Part shown: positions 47,207 through 58,900 of the stretch, piece by piece
How positions within the stretch are numbered: the stretch's first letter is position 1
Layout: every line of letters starts with the position of its first letter
Source of the DNA: a virus
Taxonomy: Duplodnaviria; Caudoviricetes
Reading direction: 5' to 3' (one strand)
IMG/VR virus record: IMGVR_UViG_3300012000_000018
Location: 1-60,010 of that record
Length of the DNA stretch: 60,010 nucleotides
Notes under the pieces: generated by a model
Told to the model about the DNA's origin: nothing
The model's database searches: none
Seen by the model: the letters and a program-made list of their open reading frames with translations, nothing else
Position numbers and translations under genes: made by a program

Positions 47207-48304
47207 GTGAAGTTCGAGGGTTTCTTTCCACCGCACCCGTTGCAACCAACCCAGTATGGGATTTTGAGTGTTGCCCGTTTGTCGGAACTTGTTGAGAAAG
47301 AAACTGCTACAGACACAGAGGAACGCTGGGTTCGCGGCTACTCCCACATCTTTGAGACTAACCCAACTATTCGCCTTCTCCGTGGAAGTGGTGCAGTCGC
47401 ACATGAGATTAACGATGCAACAGGGGACCCACGCTATATTGATGTAAAGCCGTTTTTTATCGAGGTTGAGGATTACGCCACCACAATGAGCATGGGCGGG
47501 GAAGACCGTAAGGCAAAGATTGTCCGCCAACTTGAGGCAGGAACTCAAAAGTCAGTTGAGCATGAGTTCTATCACGGCTATTCAACTCGCTCCGACAATA
47601 GTGGTAATCAGTATCTAACTAAAGCAGAGACTATTACTATTGTTAATAATTCAACTTTGTATCAAATGCAAGAAGGTCTTGGTTTTCTTGAGTATGCCAT
47701 CGCCCAATCACCGCTTGGTGAGCAGGGCGTAATCCATATGACTCGTGATATGGCAGCCCTTTTAGGCAGCCAGTGGATTCTAGAACGCCCGGATGAAAAA
47801 GGCGTTCCACATCTTGAGACAACTAACGGCACTCCCGTTTGTGTTGGTTCTGGTTATGACGGCTCTGGTCCAAAGGCATCTATTGCAACAACTACTGTTT
47901 CAGGTGCAGGTCTTTGCACAATTACAACAGAAACACCTCATGGTTTGGCTCAAAATGATTTAGTAGTTATTGAGCAGGAAGTTGCTAGATTTAATGGGAC
48001 TTGGACAGTTACAAGCACTCCAACTCCAACAACATTTACTTTTACTATTACTGGCGCTTCTCAGGTAGAAACTGCTGGACAGGGTATTGCATTCTTCGGC
48101 CCAGACCAAGACCACAAGTGGATGTATGCGACAGGTCTTGTAGATGTTAACTTAGGCGCTATTGAAGTTGTTAATACTGAGCGTGGTCACGGATATAATG
48201 TTTCAGGAAATCAAAACGATATTAGACTCAAAGCAATTCGCCCAGCGGCAGTTCATCACGAACCTTCTGTCCATTGCGGAGTAAAGGTTCAAGTCCACCA
48301 GTAG
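47207..48304 (+). CDS. Capsid-like protein (resembles actinophage major capsid pentamer protein) with inserted beta domain
   Basis: GILSVA..RWVRG..PFFIEV..QKSVEHEF..GVIHM..TTNGTPVCVGSGY..WMYATG; insert TITTETPHGL...FNGTWTVTSTPTPTTFTF. Confidence 0.6.
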   Translation: MKFEGFFPPHPLQPTQYGILSVARLSELVEKETATDTEERWVRGYSHIFETNPTIRLLRGSGAVAHEINDATGDPRYIDVKPFFIEVEDYATTMSMGGEDRKAKIVRQLEAGTQKSVEHEFYHGYSTRSDNSGNQYLTKAETITIVNNSTLYQMQEGLGFLEYAIAQSPLGEQGVIHMTRDMAALLGSQWILERPDEKGVPHLETTNGTPVCVGSGYDGSGPKASIATTTVSGAGLCTITTETPHGLAQNDLVVIEQEVARFNGTWTVTSTPTPTTFTFTITGASQVETAGQGIAFFGPDQDHKWMYATGLVDVNLGAIEVVNTERGHGYNVSGNQNDIRLKAIRPAAVHHEPSVHCGVKVQVHQ

Positions 48305-48342
48305 TCTCTGTACGGCTTTGAAAAATGCTGTACAATAGACCA

Positions 48343-48843
48343 ATGAAACAGAAGATAAAACTCCCCGATGACGAGGTTAGGTTTATCTCTGCTCTTGAAC
48401 CCGCTCTAGTTCCTTCCCGTCTTCGAGCGTTATGGGAAGCAGGTTGGTCTTTAGGAATTATTGCTTCTTCAATAAAACCATCTAAGCCAAAATCAACCGT
48501 GCATTTTTGGGTAAAGAATGCTCCCTCTATAGAACAGCGTCGCCAAGTACCAATGCCACCACCAAAGTCTTTGACGGTCTCTGCTCCTATTTTAGGAACT
48601 CCTAGAACCCGCTCCATCTCTCCTACGGTGCCTCCAGAATTAAAGCCACGCTTACAGGAACTTTCAGCGCTGGCAAAGCGCTACCGTGCCAAGACTTCTG
48701 ATGATAGCCCGCTAGCCCAAGCGAACAGGGAACTAACAGAACTATCGCTTACACTCTATCACAGAGGCGTACCTGCTGCTGATATTGCAAAAGCGGCTGG
48801 AGTTACCTATCGTGCAATGGCTCGGCGGTTGAGCAATGGCTAG
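48343..48843 (+). CDS. Dual HTH DNA-binding protein, paralog 3 (divergent), leaderless
   Basis: LRALWEAGWSLGIIA; GVPAADIAKAAGVTYRAMARRL; TACAAT at 48331. Confidence 0.7.
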   Translation: MKQKIKLPDDEVRFISALEPALVPSRLRALWEAGWSLGIIASSIKPSKPKSTVHFWVKNAPSIEQRRQVPMPPPKSLTVSAPILGTPRTRSISPTVPPELKPRLQELSALAKRYRAKTSDDSPLAQANRELTELSLTLYHRGVPAADIAKAAGVTYRAMARRLSNG

Positions 48844-49183
48844 GTTATACAAAACCGCATCTGGGACATACTCTGAATCAGAGTTAGTTGTTGCTGTTTG
48901 GGTCAATCCAAATCGTAAAAAAGGACGCTCTCAGGCGAGACTTCTTGAAACACTTACAACAGATAATTCCAGCATTCCTATTGCATTTCCTTTAGAGACA
49001 CTTCAGAAGATTCAGTCTTGGATGTTTTGTCCCGTGGCCCACGACCCATCGGATTTAGACCTATGGCTAGTCTTAGAAAACGGAGCAACAAGAGAGAAGC
49101 CTCTTTTAGTTCCGCTGACTATTGCTAAAAAGGCTTTAGGCTGGCAAGATTTCCATATCCCTTCAGAATATACGGAGAAATAA
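48836..49183 (+). CDS. Hypothetical protein
   Basis: 115 aa coupled ORF. Confidence 0.6.
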   Translation: MARLYKTASGTYSESELVVAVWVNPNRKKGRSQARLLETLTTDNSSIPIAFPLETLQKIQSWMFCPVAHDPSDLDLWLVLENGATREKPLLVPLTIAKKALGWQDFHIPSEYTEK

Positions 49184-49551
49184 TGAAAGTTCAGGCAGAT
49201 GTCTTTCCAGCAGTGATTGCTCTTGCCGAACCTGGCTCCCTTGAAGATTATATGGAGTTGACCCCAAGAGGTGCTGCTCCTGAAGGCACTCGGCGTCTAG
49301 ACCGTTGCCGCATAGTAGTTTTCAACGATACCTTGATGGTTGCTGTTGACTCTCCAGAAGGACCAAAACTGGTATTCCGCGAAACGTGCCACTCCTATAT
49401 TAAAGATGACCAAAAGATTCATAGAGCAATTACCGAGAGCGGAAAGATTGTTTCTTTTCGCAAAGACGATAATTGTGGCTGTGGCTCTAGACTCAGGACA
49501 TGGAATCCCTATGGACACATACTGATGGTTACGGATGGCGAAAATGACTGA
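49183..49551 (+). CDS. Hypothetical protein
   Basis: NCGCGSRLRTWNP motif. Confidence 0.65.
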   Translation: MKVQADVFPAVIALAEPGSLEDYMELTPRGAAPEGTRRLDRCRIVVFNDTLMVAVDSPEGPKLVFRETCHSYIKDDQKIHRAITESGKIVSFRKDDNCGCGSRLRTWNPYGHILMVTDGEND

Positions 49552-49834
49552 ACCACTTACCTTTGTAATAGCAGCGCTAGCCGTTTATAGGGTTTCTAGA
49601 TTTATTACTACAGATACCCTTTTTAACCCGATACGAGATAGAATATGGAAGAGGTTTCCACCAGAGACTTCAAAGTTTGGATACTGGTTTACTTGCACTT
49701 GGTGTACGTCCATTTGGGTCGCATCACTATCTGAAATATCCCGTATCATTAATCCCAGCATCACATTGGGCATCCAAACAGTGTTCGCACTGTCTGCCCT
49801 TGCGGGGCTGTTAACTGCATACGAGGAAAAGTAA
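49544..49834 (+). CDS. DUF1360-like membrane protein
   Basis: LAVYRVSRFITTD..F.PIR...FTCTWCTSIW. Confidence 0.75.
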   Translation: MTEPLTFVIAALAVYRVSRFITTDTLFNPIRDRIWKRFPPETSKFGYWFTCTWCTSIWVASLSEISRIINPSITLGIQTVFALSALAGLLTAYEEK

Positions 49835-49872
49835 TGTCCTCAGTATTCCGTAACAAAGACGAGGAGTTTTAA

Positions 49873-51624
49873 GTGGGCGTTTTTAAGCGCGATGAACAGG
49901 GCGAATCCGCCGAAGTTGTTCCTACTCCCGTCACCCCTAAAGCAAGTTCACAGAAGCGCACTAACAAATCAAAACAAACAGGTCGCTCTCGTCAAGTAGT
50001 TCTAAAGCAGACACCAAAAGTAACTGGTGCAGCATCAGTATTTCTATCTCAACCAAACGCAGCACAGTCTGCTAATTACTCAACACCACGCACACTTACT
50101 GCCGCAGCAGCCCAAGTAAAGATTAATGACAAGGGCGAGTTCGAACAGTTTAAGCATCGTCGGACTGCTGCATCATCAGCATGGCAAGCAGAGGCTTGGG
50201 AGTATTACGATGCAATTGGTGAAATCAAATATGCATTTAACTTAGTTGCATCTGTTGTTTCTCGTATTCGTATCTACTCTGCTGTTATTGAGAACGCACA
50301 TGAGACCCCAGTTGCAGTTAAGTCATCTACACAGATTGACCCACGACTAGGTGCAGCAGCAGAGCGTGCACTTGCTCGTCTTGATTCTGCATACGGCGGA
50401 CAGGCTGGTCTTCTTAAAGATGCAGCACTTAATCTTTCAGTTGCTGGAGAGTGCTACTTAGTACAGATGCCAGCACGCCCAGGTTCAGGTTTGCCTGAGT
50501 CTTGGGATATTCGTTCTGTTGATGAAGTTATGGCAGATGCTCGTGGTGGGTTTAACATCATTGGTCGCCGTGAGCAATCAACTGGTGGACAAAATCAAAA
50601 CAATTCAACAAATCGTCTTTCAAAGAATGCATTTGTAGGACGCATCTGGCGTTCACACCCACGCTACTCAGATGAAGCAGATTCATCACTTCGTGGTTTG
50701 CTTGATATGTGTGCAGAACTACTTCTTCTTAACCGCACATTCCGTGCTACTGCACGTTCTCGCTTAAACGCTGGCGCACTCTATCTTCCAGATGGTCTTT
50801 CAGTTGCTGCACAAGGCGACCCAGACCAGCCATACGATTCAGATAACGAATTGAATCCAAACTTTACTGCCGAGGAGGCAGAGGACGAGTTTGAAGAGCA
50901 GTTGATTGATGCTATGACAACTCCAATTCGTGATGAGGAGTCAGCATCAGCAGTTGTTCCACTTATTATTCGTGGTCCAGCAGAACTTGGCGACAAGATT
51001 AAGCAGTTTAAGTTTGAGCGTTCATTCGACCCATCACTTGCAGAGCGTTCAGACCGCGTTCTAGAGCGCATCTTGCAGGGACTTGATGTTCCAAAGGATG
51101 TTGTTACTGGTCTTGCAAATGTTAAGTACTCAAATGCTCTACAAATTGATGAAGCACTCTACAAGGCACACATTGAACCAATGATGTTGCTTATCTGTGA
51201 TGCTCTTACAGTTGTTTATCTTCGTCCATACCTTGTTGCACAGGGCTACAGCCAAACAGATGTTGAAAAAATTGTTATTTGGTATGACCCATCAGCAGTT
51301 GCAACACGCAATGACCGTGCAGCAGATGCAGATTCAGGTCTTGACCGTGGCGCAATCTCTCTAGATACATGGCGCCGTGCTCATGGCTTCTCATCAGCAG
51401 ATGCACCTACTTCAAATGAAATGGCGCTTCGTCTTTTGTCTGAGCGTGGAGCAATTACACCTGAACTTACTGAAGCAATGCTTCAAGCACTTGCTCCAGA
51501 GATTATGGATGCTGTTAAGCAAGCACAACAGGCTTCGTCTGTTGCACCTATTCCACCAGATGTCCAGCAAATTCTTGAACAAGCAACTGGTGAACAAGCA
51601 CCAGCACCAGAAGGAGAGCAGTAA
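49873..51624 (+). CDS. Portal protein
   Basis: WQAEAWEYYDAIGEIKYA, NLSVAGECYL, WRSHPR..EADS, ARSRLNAG, SAVVPLII; size and context fit an actinophage portal. Confidence 0.8.
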   Translation: MGVFKRDEQGESAEVVPTPVTPKASSQKRTNKSKQTGRSRQVVLKQTPKVTGAASVFLSQPNAAQSANYSTPRTLTAAAAQVKINDKGEFEQFKHRRTAASSAWQAEAWEYYDAIGEIKYAFNLVASVVSRIRIYSAVIENAHETPVAVKSSTQIDPRLGAAAERALARLDSAYGGQAGLLKDAALNLSVAGECYLVQMPARPGSGLPESWDIRSVDEVMADARGGFNIIGRREQSTGGQNQNNSTNRLSKNAFVGRIWRSHPRYSDEADSSLRGLLDMCAELLLLNRTFRATARSRLNAGALYLPDGLSVAAQGDPDQPYDSDNELNPNFTAEEAEDEFEEQLIDAMTTPIRDEESASAVVPLIIRGPAELGDKIKQFKFERSFDPSLAERSDRVLERILQGLDVPKDVVTGLANVKYSNALQIDEALYKAHIEPMMLLICDALTVVYLRPYLVAQGYSQTDVEKIVIWYDPSAVATRNDRAADADSGLDRGAISLDTWRRAHGFSSADAPTSNEMALRLLSERGAITPELTEAMLQALAPEIMDAVKQAQQASSVAPIPPDVQQILEQATGEQAPAPEGEQ

Positions 51625-52097
51625 TGAACGTAGAGAAGCCAGAAGTTGTAAATGGGCTTGCTAATTCACTTAGCAACGCTGTTGTAATGTATTTCAAGGC
51701 ACATGGACACCACTGGAACGTTGTTGGCAACGACTTCTCACAGTTCCATGACTTCTTTGCATCAATTTACGAAGATGTATACGGTTCTCTAGACCCACTT
51801 GCAGAAAATATTCGCAAGATGGGCGCTGTTGCTCCATACCGTCTTGTTGAGTTTGCTCGTATGGCTGATATTCAGGATAAAGAAGTTGGCCAGAACGCTA
51901 TGGCAATGTGCAAAGACCTTTACGATGCTAATGACACAATGCTTATATCTCTTAACAATGCTTTTTCTGCTGCAAACGCTTCTAATGAGCAGGGAATTGC
52001 AAACTTCCTTGCAGAGCGTATTGATATGCACCAGAAGTGGCGCTGGCAGTTGAACGCATTTCTCACAGCAGAAGATTCAGTAGAACAAGGATTCTAA
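51624..52097 (+). CDS. dps: Dps / ferritin-like DNA protection protein
   Basis: KAHGHHWNVVG..FSQFHDFF..IY....DPLAENIR; HQKWRWQL. Confidence 0.92.
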   Translation: MNVEKPEVVNGLANSLSNAVVMYFKAHGHHWNVVGNDFSQFHDFFASIYEDVYGSLDPLAENIRKMGAVAPYRLVEFARMADIQDKEVGQNAMAMCKDLYDANDTMLISLNNAFSAANASNEQGIANFLAERIDMHQKWRWQLNAFLTAEDSVEQGF

Positions 52098-52098
52098 A

Positions 52099-52917
52099 AT
52101 GCCTCAAAAGTGGATTGACGATATAGATAACGCAGTAATTACTGCTGCCTCTAATAACGGTCCTTGCTGGGATGGCTATAAGCAAGTGGGAATGAAAGAA
52201 AAAGATGGAAAAATGGTTCCTAACTGCGTTCCAATTAGCGCTTCTGCTGAATCTGAAGATTCTGAATTTGCTGCTGGTTCTAAACCTGCTCCAAAGAAAG
52301 ACCAGATTAAAGGCTCAGACAAAAACTCAAAGGGTTCTGCCTCTGGTTCTAAGAAAGTTGTATTTAGCAAAGCAACAGAAGCATCTTTGGCTGAAAAAGT
52401 TAAGGCTCACAATGCAAAAGCACCTGAAGGTCGCAAAGCAACACTTGGAATGCTTAAGGCTGTTTATCGTCGTGGGGCTGGAGCGTTCTCTACATCACAT
52501 CGCCCAGGTATGAATCGTAACCAATGGGCTATGGGTCGCGTTAATGCTTTTCTTAAACTATTAAAGTCTGGTAAGCCATCAAACTCTGCATACAAGACAG
52601 ATAATGATTTACTTCCAGCATCGCACCCAAAGAGTTCACGAGGTGTTAAGGCTTCTGCTGTAGATTCAGATTACGATGAAGAATTGTTAGTTACACTAGG
52701 AACAAAAGAAGATTATCAATATCCAGAAGAAGCAATCATTGCAATGGCTGAATATTCTGGTTATGGATACGAAGCAGAGGCTGCTATTCGTGCATCTTGG
52801 CTTCGTGCAGTGCGTAATGGGGATGACCCATTTTTAAGAGCAGGGATGCTTGCAGTGATGGGCAAAGACAGTCTTGATGGAAATTTACTTCCAATCCTTG
52901 AGGAGGACGGCGAATAA
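52099..52917 (+). CDS. Head-module protein with CWDGY...PNCVP and VYRRGAGA...QWAMGRVNAF domains
   Basis: Both motifs recur in phage head-morphogenesis regions. Confidence 0.65.
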   Translation: MPQKWIDDIDNAVITAASNNGPCWDGYKQVGMKEKDGKMVPNCVPISASAESEDSEFAAGSKPAPKKDQIKGSDKNSKGSASGSKKVVFSKATEASLAEKVKAHNAKAPEGRKATLGMLKAVYRRGAGAFSTSHRPGMNRNQWAMGRVNAFLKLLKSGKPSNSAYKTDNDLLPASHPKSSRGVKASAVDSDYDEELLVTLGTKEDYQYPEEAIIAMAEYSGYGYEAEAAIRASWLRAVRNGDDPFLRAGMLAVMGKDSLDGNLLPILEEDGE

Positions 52918-55900
52918 TGAGTAGAGTAGTGCGTCGCTTTGGTTATGCCATCTCTCCTAATGGAGCACAGGCAAGTACATTTAAACAGGCTGCCTATTTG
53001 CGCGAGAAGGTTATTGAATTCATTGACTCTACCAACGCTGAAGCATCTACATCTCGTCGCTTAACTCGTGGCGCTGCATTTGCAGTTGTTCACCGCTCGC
53101 TTGTTGCCACAAAGGATTTACCATTCTCAATCCGCGAGCACATTGCGATGAAAGAACTTTCACAGTATGTGACTCTTCTTCAGAACAACAAAGTTGCTGC
53201 GATTAAGCCAAGCCATACTGACCTTCTTCCTGTAGCACACCCACGCTCAACAAAGATGCATACACTGACAGCATCTGCTCTTCTTTCAGCACGAGCAAAC
53301 TGGTATGCCGATGATTCACGCATCACCGACGAAAAAGTTAAGTCAATTGTTGCTTCTGCATACACAGCAACTCCTGGTTCTGTAGAACACTCTTATTACT
53401 CAACAATGCTTGCATCACTTCCACAGGGCTCAATTCCACAGGACATTCTTGTATCTCTTACTGCCGATGGAAACTCGTCTGCTGAAAAGAGTCTTCGTGC
53501 TCGCCTACAGCGCCGTGACCGTTTTGGTCGCTTTGCTTTTATGGGTGGCGGTATGCGTGCTCTTATTCGTAAAGCAAACGGAAATGTTTACAGTCTTACA
53601 GGTCGTCCTGTTCAAGATTCAATGATATCTGGCGATAATATTGACGTAGAACTTCCTAATGGAAAGATTGTTGAAATCCCTGCATCTAAGGGTGAGTTTA
53701 TCTCTGCAATTATTAATCCTACAAAAGATGGTTTCTCACCAGTTCCTGCAAAGGTTTCTTCAGAAGATAATGATGTCATTATTAATGAAGCAGATTTAAA
53801 CTTTGTTGACTCTCCATTTGGCTGGGAAAAAGTTGACGACACTAGATTTACTAATGGAAAATGGACTGCAAAGAAATTAGAAGGTGGCGGTTTCGAGGTA
53901 TCTAAGCCTAATGGTAAAGGTGGCTCAATCAAACTTCCATCTAATGCTTCCGACTGGGAAGATATTCTTGATGGCATTGCAGAATTTGAAGATAAGGGCG
54001 ATGCAAAAGCAGAACTTCCTACTGAAGATGTAACTCCTGAACAAAAAGCAGAACTTCCTAAGAAGACTGGTGGAGATGGTGAGGGTCCACAAGGGCCTAA
54101 GCAGTTTGAGTTTAAGTATCCAGAAGGTGCTTACAAGATTTCAAAAAATCCTGATGCAGATATTGAAGAGTCATACGAAGACCCTACAAGAATTGCACAG
54201 GACTCAGATGAGCGCGACCTTATTGCTGCTTTGGAAGAAGGACTTCTTCCTAAGAAGGAAGGCCAGAATGCTACTGGCTACGGAAGCATTAATACTTACG
54301 ATGGAGAACAACTAGTTCCTGTCGAGAATCTTTATCTTGCATTGCAAGAAATGGGCGGAGACCCGGAGTTAGAAGTTGCTCGTATTTACGACAAGCAACT
54401 TGGAACATCTGAAAACGAAGATAACCTTCTAGACTCACGCAAGCAAGAAACTCTTTCAGAGCCAACTCCTGAACTTGATAAAGCATTTATCCGTGAGACA
54501 AAAGAACTTGGCCCAGATATTGAGCCAGCAACAGAAGAACCTGCTTTTGATGCAGAGAAGTTTGATACTGCCCCACTGCCTCCACTTCTAGAAGGTCTTT
54601 CAGAGACTGAACTTGCTCGCTTTATGGAATCAGAGGACCACACTCCTTATCTTCCAAAGAACGAACAGATTGAAATGCCTATTGGCTACGCATCCCTTAG
54701 CCCAGAGCCATACGCTGCATGGAAGAAAGTAACAGCAGAAAATCCAGACCCTAACCTTCCAGAAGGATTTAGCGATAACCCTGTATTTATTGCACAAAAT
54801 ATTCCTACACCAGAACTTGAAAAAGAATTCCGTCGCTCACTTGAGCCAGGCAATGACATTCCAGGAACTGCAAAGATTTCACTTAAGACAGACTCTGGTG
54901 AAGAGTTTGTTGCAGATGTTCCAGGTGAAGCAGTTCGTGATGCACTTCAACTACAAGGCGTAGATACAAACGCTCTTACCAAGAAGATTGCAGATGAAGG
55001 CTTTGAAGGACAGAAGCAAGAGATTGTTACTGAAGAGCAGCCTGTTGCAAAGATTACATCTGTAGAAGATGCAATCCGAGCAGATGAAGAGTATGTCCTT
55101 AAGATGCGAAACCTTATGGGCTATGACCGTAATAAGGCTTTAAGAGACTACAAGCAGCAAGGTCCTCACGACCCTCTAGACCCTGCTTACAAGGACGAGT
55201 TTGCTAAAGAGTTTGAAGATTATCTATACGAAGATGGAACACCTAATGGTGAATTCAATGACCTACTTCGTAGTAACCCAGACTTTGCTCGTCTTTTTGC
55301 ATGGCATCAGTTTGACCAGATGGGAAGTCCTATCCACGCAGACTGGATGCCAAGTGATGATGACATCCGTGAGCAATTCCCTGACGGAGCAGAAGACGCT
55401 AAGCACGCATTCATTGATGGTCTTTATGATGCAGCACCAACTCCTGCAACTGCAATTGGTGCAGGTCTTGACATCCTCATGTCGCCAAACTATTTTTATG
55501 GCTCAAGAAATCGTGAAGATAGATTAAGTATGCTTAAAGATGCACTTCGTGCATTTAAAGACGAAGATATGCGATTTGATATTAGAGATGATAAAGAAGA
55601 ACTTGCTGCGGTTGAGTCTGTAACTAAAACTCTTGAAGATGAGATTGCAAAACTTCAGACTACACCTGCTGCTCCAGTAGAGACTCCAGCAACAGATATT
55701 CCAGAAGAAGAACAAGGCGAGCGAAAGACTCCAGCAAAACTTAAAATTGGAGAAGAAGTTTATATTCCTGGCGAAGGCTGGAGAAAAGTAACAAACATTC
55801 GTAAGCGTGCAAGTAAATCTTCTTACGCTGGTCGTAAAGACACCATTTTCTGGGATGTTACCTATGTAGATGAAAATGGGAATGAAGGTACTTGGACTAC

Positions 55901-58900
55901 AAAACCATTTGGTGGTGGATTTGGTCAAGAAAAAACTGATAATAAACTTGCTACTCGTCCTGGAGCAAAGACAGTTGAAGCACCAAACGATGATTTTGAA
56001 GTCTCATCTGAACAAGAAATTCCAGATGGCATTGAAGCAGAACCTAAATCTCCAAACCTAGAACCAGATAATGCAACTGGTCCATATCGTATTGTCACTA
56101 AGGTTTCAGATTTACAACCTGGCGACATCACTGCTGATGACCACTTTGTTATTGAATCTGTTGGTGGTCCATACGATAAAGACCCAAATAAATTAGAAAT
56201 TTCTGGCTACTACCCAGGTCACGTTACACAGAACACAAAGAAGTGGAATGCTTCTACAGAAATTACTGTTATTCGTGGCGCACAGGCTCCTGAAAAGGGA
56301 GATTTGCCAGAACTTAGCAAGCCATTTGCAAGAGACTTTGGTCCTGTTTATAAGGGCAAAGATGGCAAGTGGGCTATGTCTAAGCCAGAAGACCAAGCAA
56401 AACTTGATGCAGCGTGGGAAGAATACAACGCAAGAAAAGCAGAAGCGATTGCTCGTTTTACTGACCCAACAAATAAGGACAATACAAAGGCTCCACATCA
56501 AGTTCGTGTTAAGGCCGCTGACCTACAACCAGGTGATATCTCTGCTAAGCCAGAGAAGGGTCACTTTGTTATCGAGCGCACATTTACTGATGAAACAACA
56601 AAGCCAGGATTTGTTAGCGTTGAAGGCTACTACCCAGGACACGTTTCACAGCGTAAGGAATGGAAAGTCGGAACTGACATTGATGTAATTCGCAATGTTG
56701 AAGCACCTGCAAAGGGAGACCTTCCAGAAATTCATCAGCCATCTAAGACAAACGCTAAGGGCAACTGGGTTCCAGATAAGGACCCTGCTAAGCGTGCAGA
56801 GTATGAAAAAGAAATTGCTGATGTTGCATCTAAGTGGGAAGTTCCAAAAGACCTTCCAGTAATTGAATCATCTGCATCTGATTCAGATGCCGCAGATGCT
56901 GCTGCAACTAAGCCAGTAGTTGTAAAGGCACCAAAGGCTCCTCGCACACCAACAATGCCAGCGTTCCAAGGCGAGTTTGCTGCAATTGCTCGTGAAGCAG
57001 GTGGCGATTGGGATAAGTTCCGTGAACTTATTAAAGACCGAGAGATTATCTTCTTTGACTACGAAACAACTGGTGTAGATGCTGCTGATGGTAATGAGCC
57101 ATGGCAGTTAGGCGCTGTAAAAGTTGTTAACGGAAAAGTTGTTGACCGCTTCAATGTATTTATGAACCCAGGCCGTTCTATTGAAGGAACATATGCTTCA
57201 AGAGATGGCAAAGATGGAACTCCAAATGCTGTAAATGGCGATGGAGAAAAACTTACTGATGAGTTCCTAGCATCACAGCCAGACCAAAAGACTGCACATG
57301 AGCAGTTTGCTGCTTGGGCTGGAGAGAATCCTCTTCTTGCTGCACATAACATGGTCTTTGATGACGAGGTTGCTCGTCGTATGGCAGATAAGCATGGCAC
57401 ACCATACTCACCTGCTGGTTTGATGGACACTCTTCCTATTGCACGAGATGTGCTTAAGGATGATGCTTCATCACCTACCTATGCATATAACGGTGAGAAG
57501 GACAATAGACTTACAAGTCTTGCAGAGCACTTTGGAATTAAGTTAGACAGAGCACACTCTGCTGACTATGACTCAGAAGCAACTGCTGAACTCTTTACAA
57601 AACTTGCTGACCAAGCAGGTAAGGATAAGACTGGAGCAGACCTCTTTGATGTAGATGCTCGTCAGGCTGATTGGGAAAACGCTCAGACACAGTTTGAAAC
57701 TGATTTTGCTGAGTATGAGCAGAAGAAGGCTGACTATGCTGCTGCAAAGGCAATGCAAGATGCTCTTGCTGGAAAGAAAGTTGATTTAGATAAAGTTATT
57801 GCTGATGCAAAGGGTGCTGCAAAGCCTAACCCAGATGGACAGCAAGAATCTGAAAAGAGCGAAACATCTACAGAGCCAGCAGTTATTGACTTTGAAAGTG
57901 CTGGAGCATACCCACAAGGCAAGATGAAGTTGATGCCTCGTGAATGGGCAGCAGATGATGCAAATACAACACTACTTCCTCGTGAAGATATTCGTATGAA
58001 GGACCTTCTACCAGGTGACTTTATGACATCTGCTAGCGGCGACCCTAAGTATTAAAACCGTGCCGTTCCCCCCGGGGGAGAATTTTGGTTCCCAGCCGGA
58101 AAGGTTCGTGCATATCGTGCAGACCTTGAGAATGGCGAAATCCACATGATTGAGTACTGGGCACCAACGAAGTTAGATGGGGTTCGTCGTCCTAAGAATC
58201 CAGATGACCTACTTCTCCCAGAGGACACAACAGACTTTGTTGTTAATGATGATGTCCGCGATAGCGATACATCTAATGAGCATATTCCAGTTCCTACAGG
58301 AAGTGCAACTGTTAAGGTCGAGCCATCAGAAGATGGTAAGTACAAGATGGTTGCTACATTCTTTGATGACAATGGAGATGTTGCTTATCAGGTAGAAGAT
58401 TCATACCGCACTCGTGAAGGCGCTGAGGCTGAAGGTAAGGCTCTTATTCAAGAGCACGTCAAGGCACTTGAAAGCCAGAAGGCAAAAGAGCAAGGAGAAG
58501 AGCCTACTAAGCAAGAAGATTCTCCTGTATCTCGCGGAACAGTTCCTACTGGTGCAGATAGCGCTCCACAAATTATTGAGGTCACTGATTTGCCTGGTGG
58601 ATTTAAGGGAGATATTCAAATTACTCCTTCTGCACCAGATGCAGCAAAGCCTGAATACACAACAGATGCGTCTCTTGTTGATTCAGACGGAGACATCATT
58701 GATAACCAGACAACAACTCACCCATCTCGCAGCGAGGCAGAATCAACTGGACGCGACTTTGTTAGCCGTTCAGCAGAGGCATACTCTTCTGGAGAAATGC
58801 CAGAAGGACTTGAGAAGAAGTCATCTAAGCCACGCAAGGTTAGTGAGCAAGAACTTGCAGACCGTGAGAGTACTCGTCTAAGTAATCAAGAAGTTATTGA

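Noticed and set aside
58053-58055. Genome-wide stop-codon reassignment
   Set aside because: TAA, TAG and TGA all end genes normally elsewhere; only one anomalous TAA, in a suspect patch; no suppressor tRNA seen
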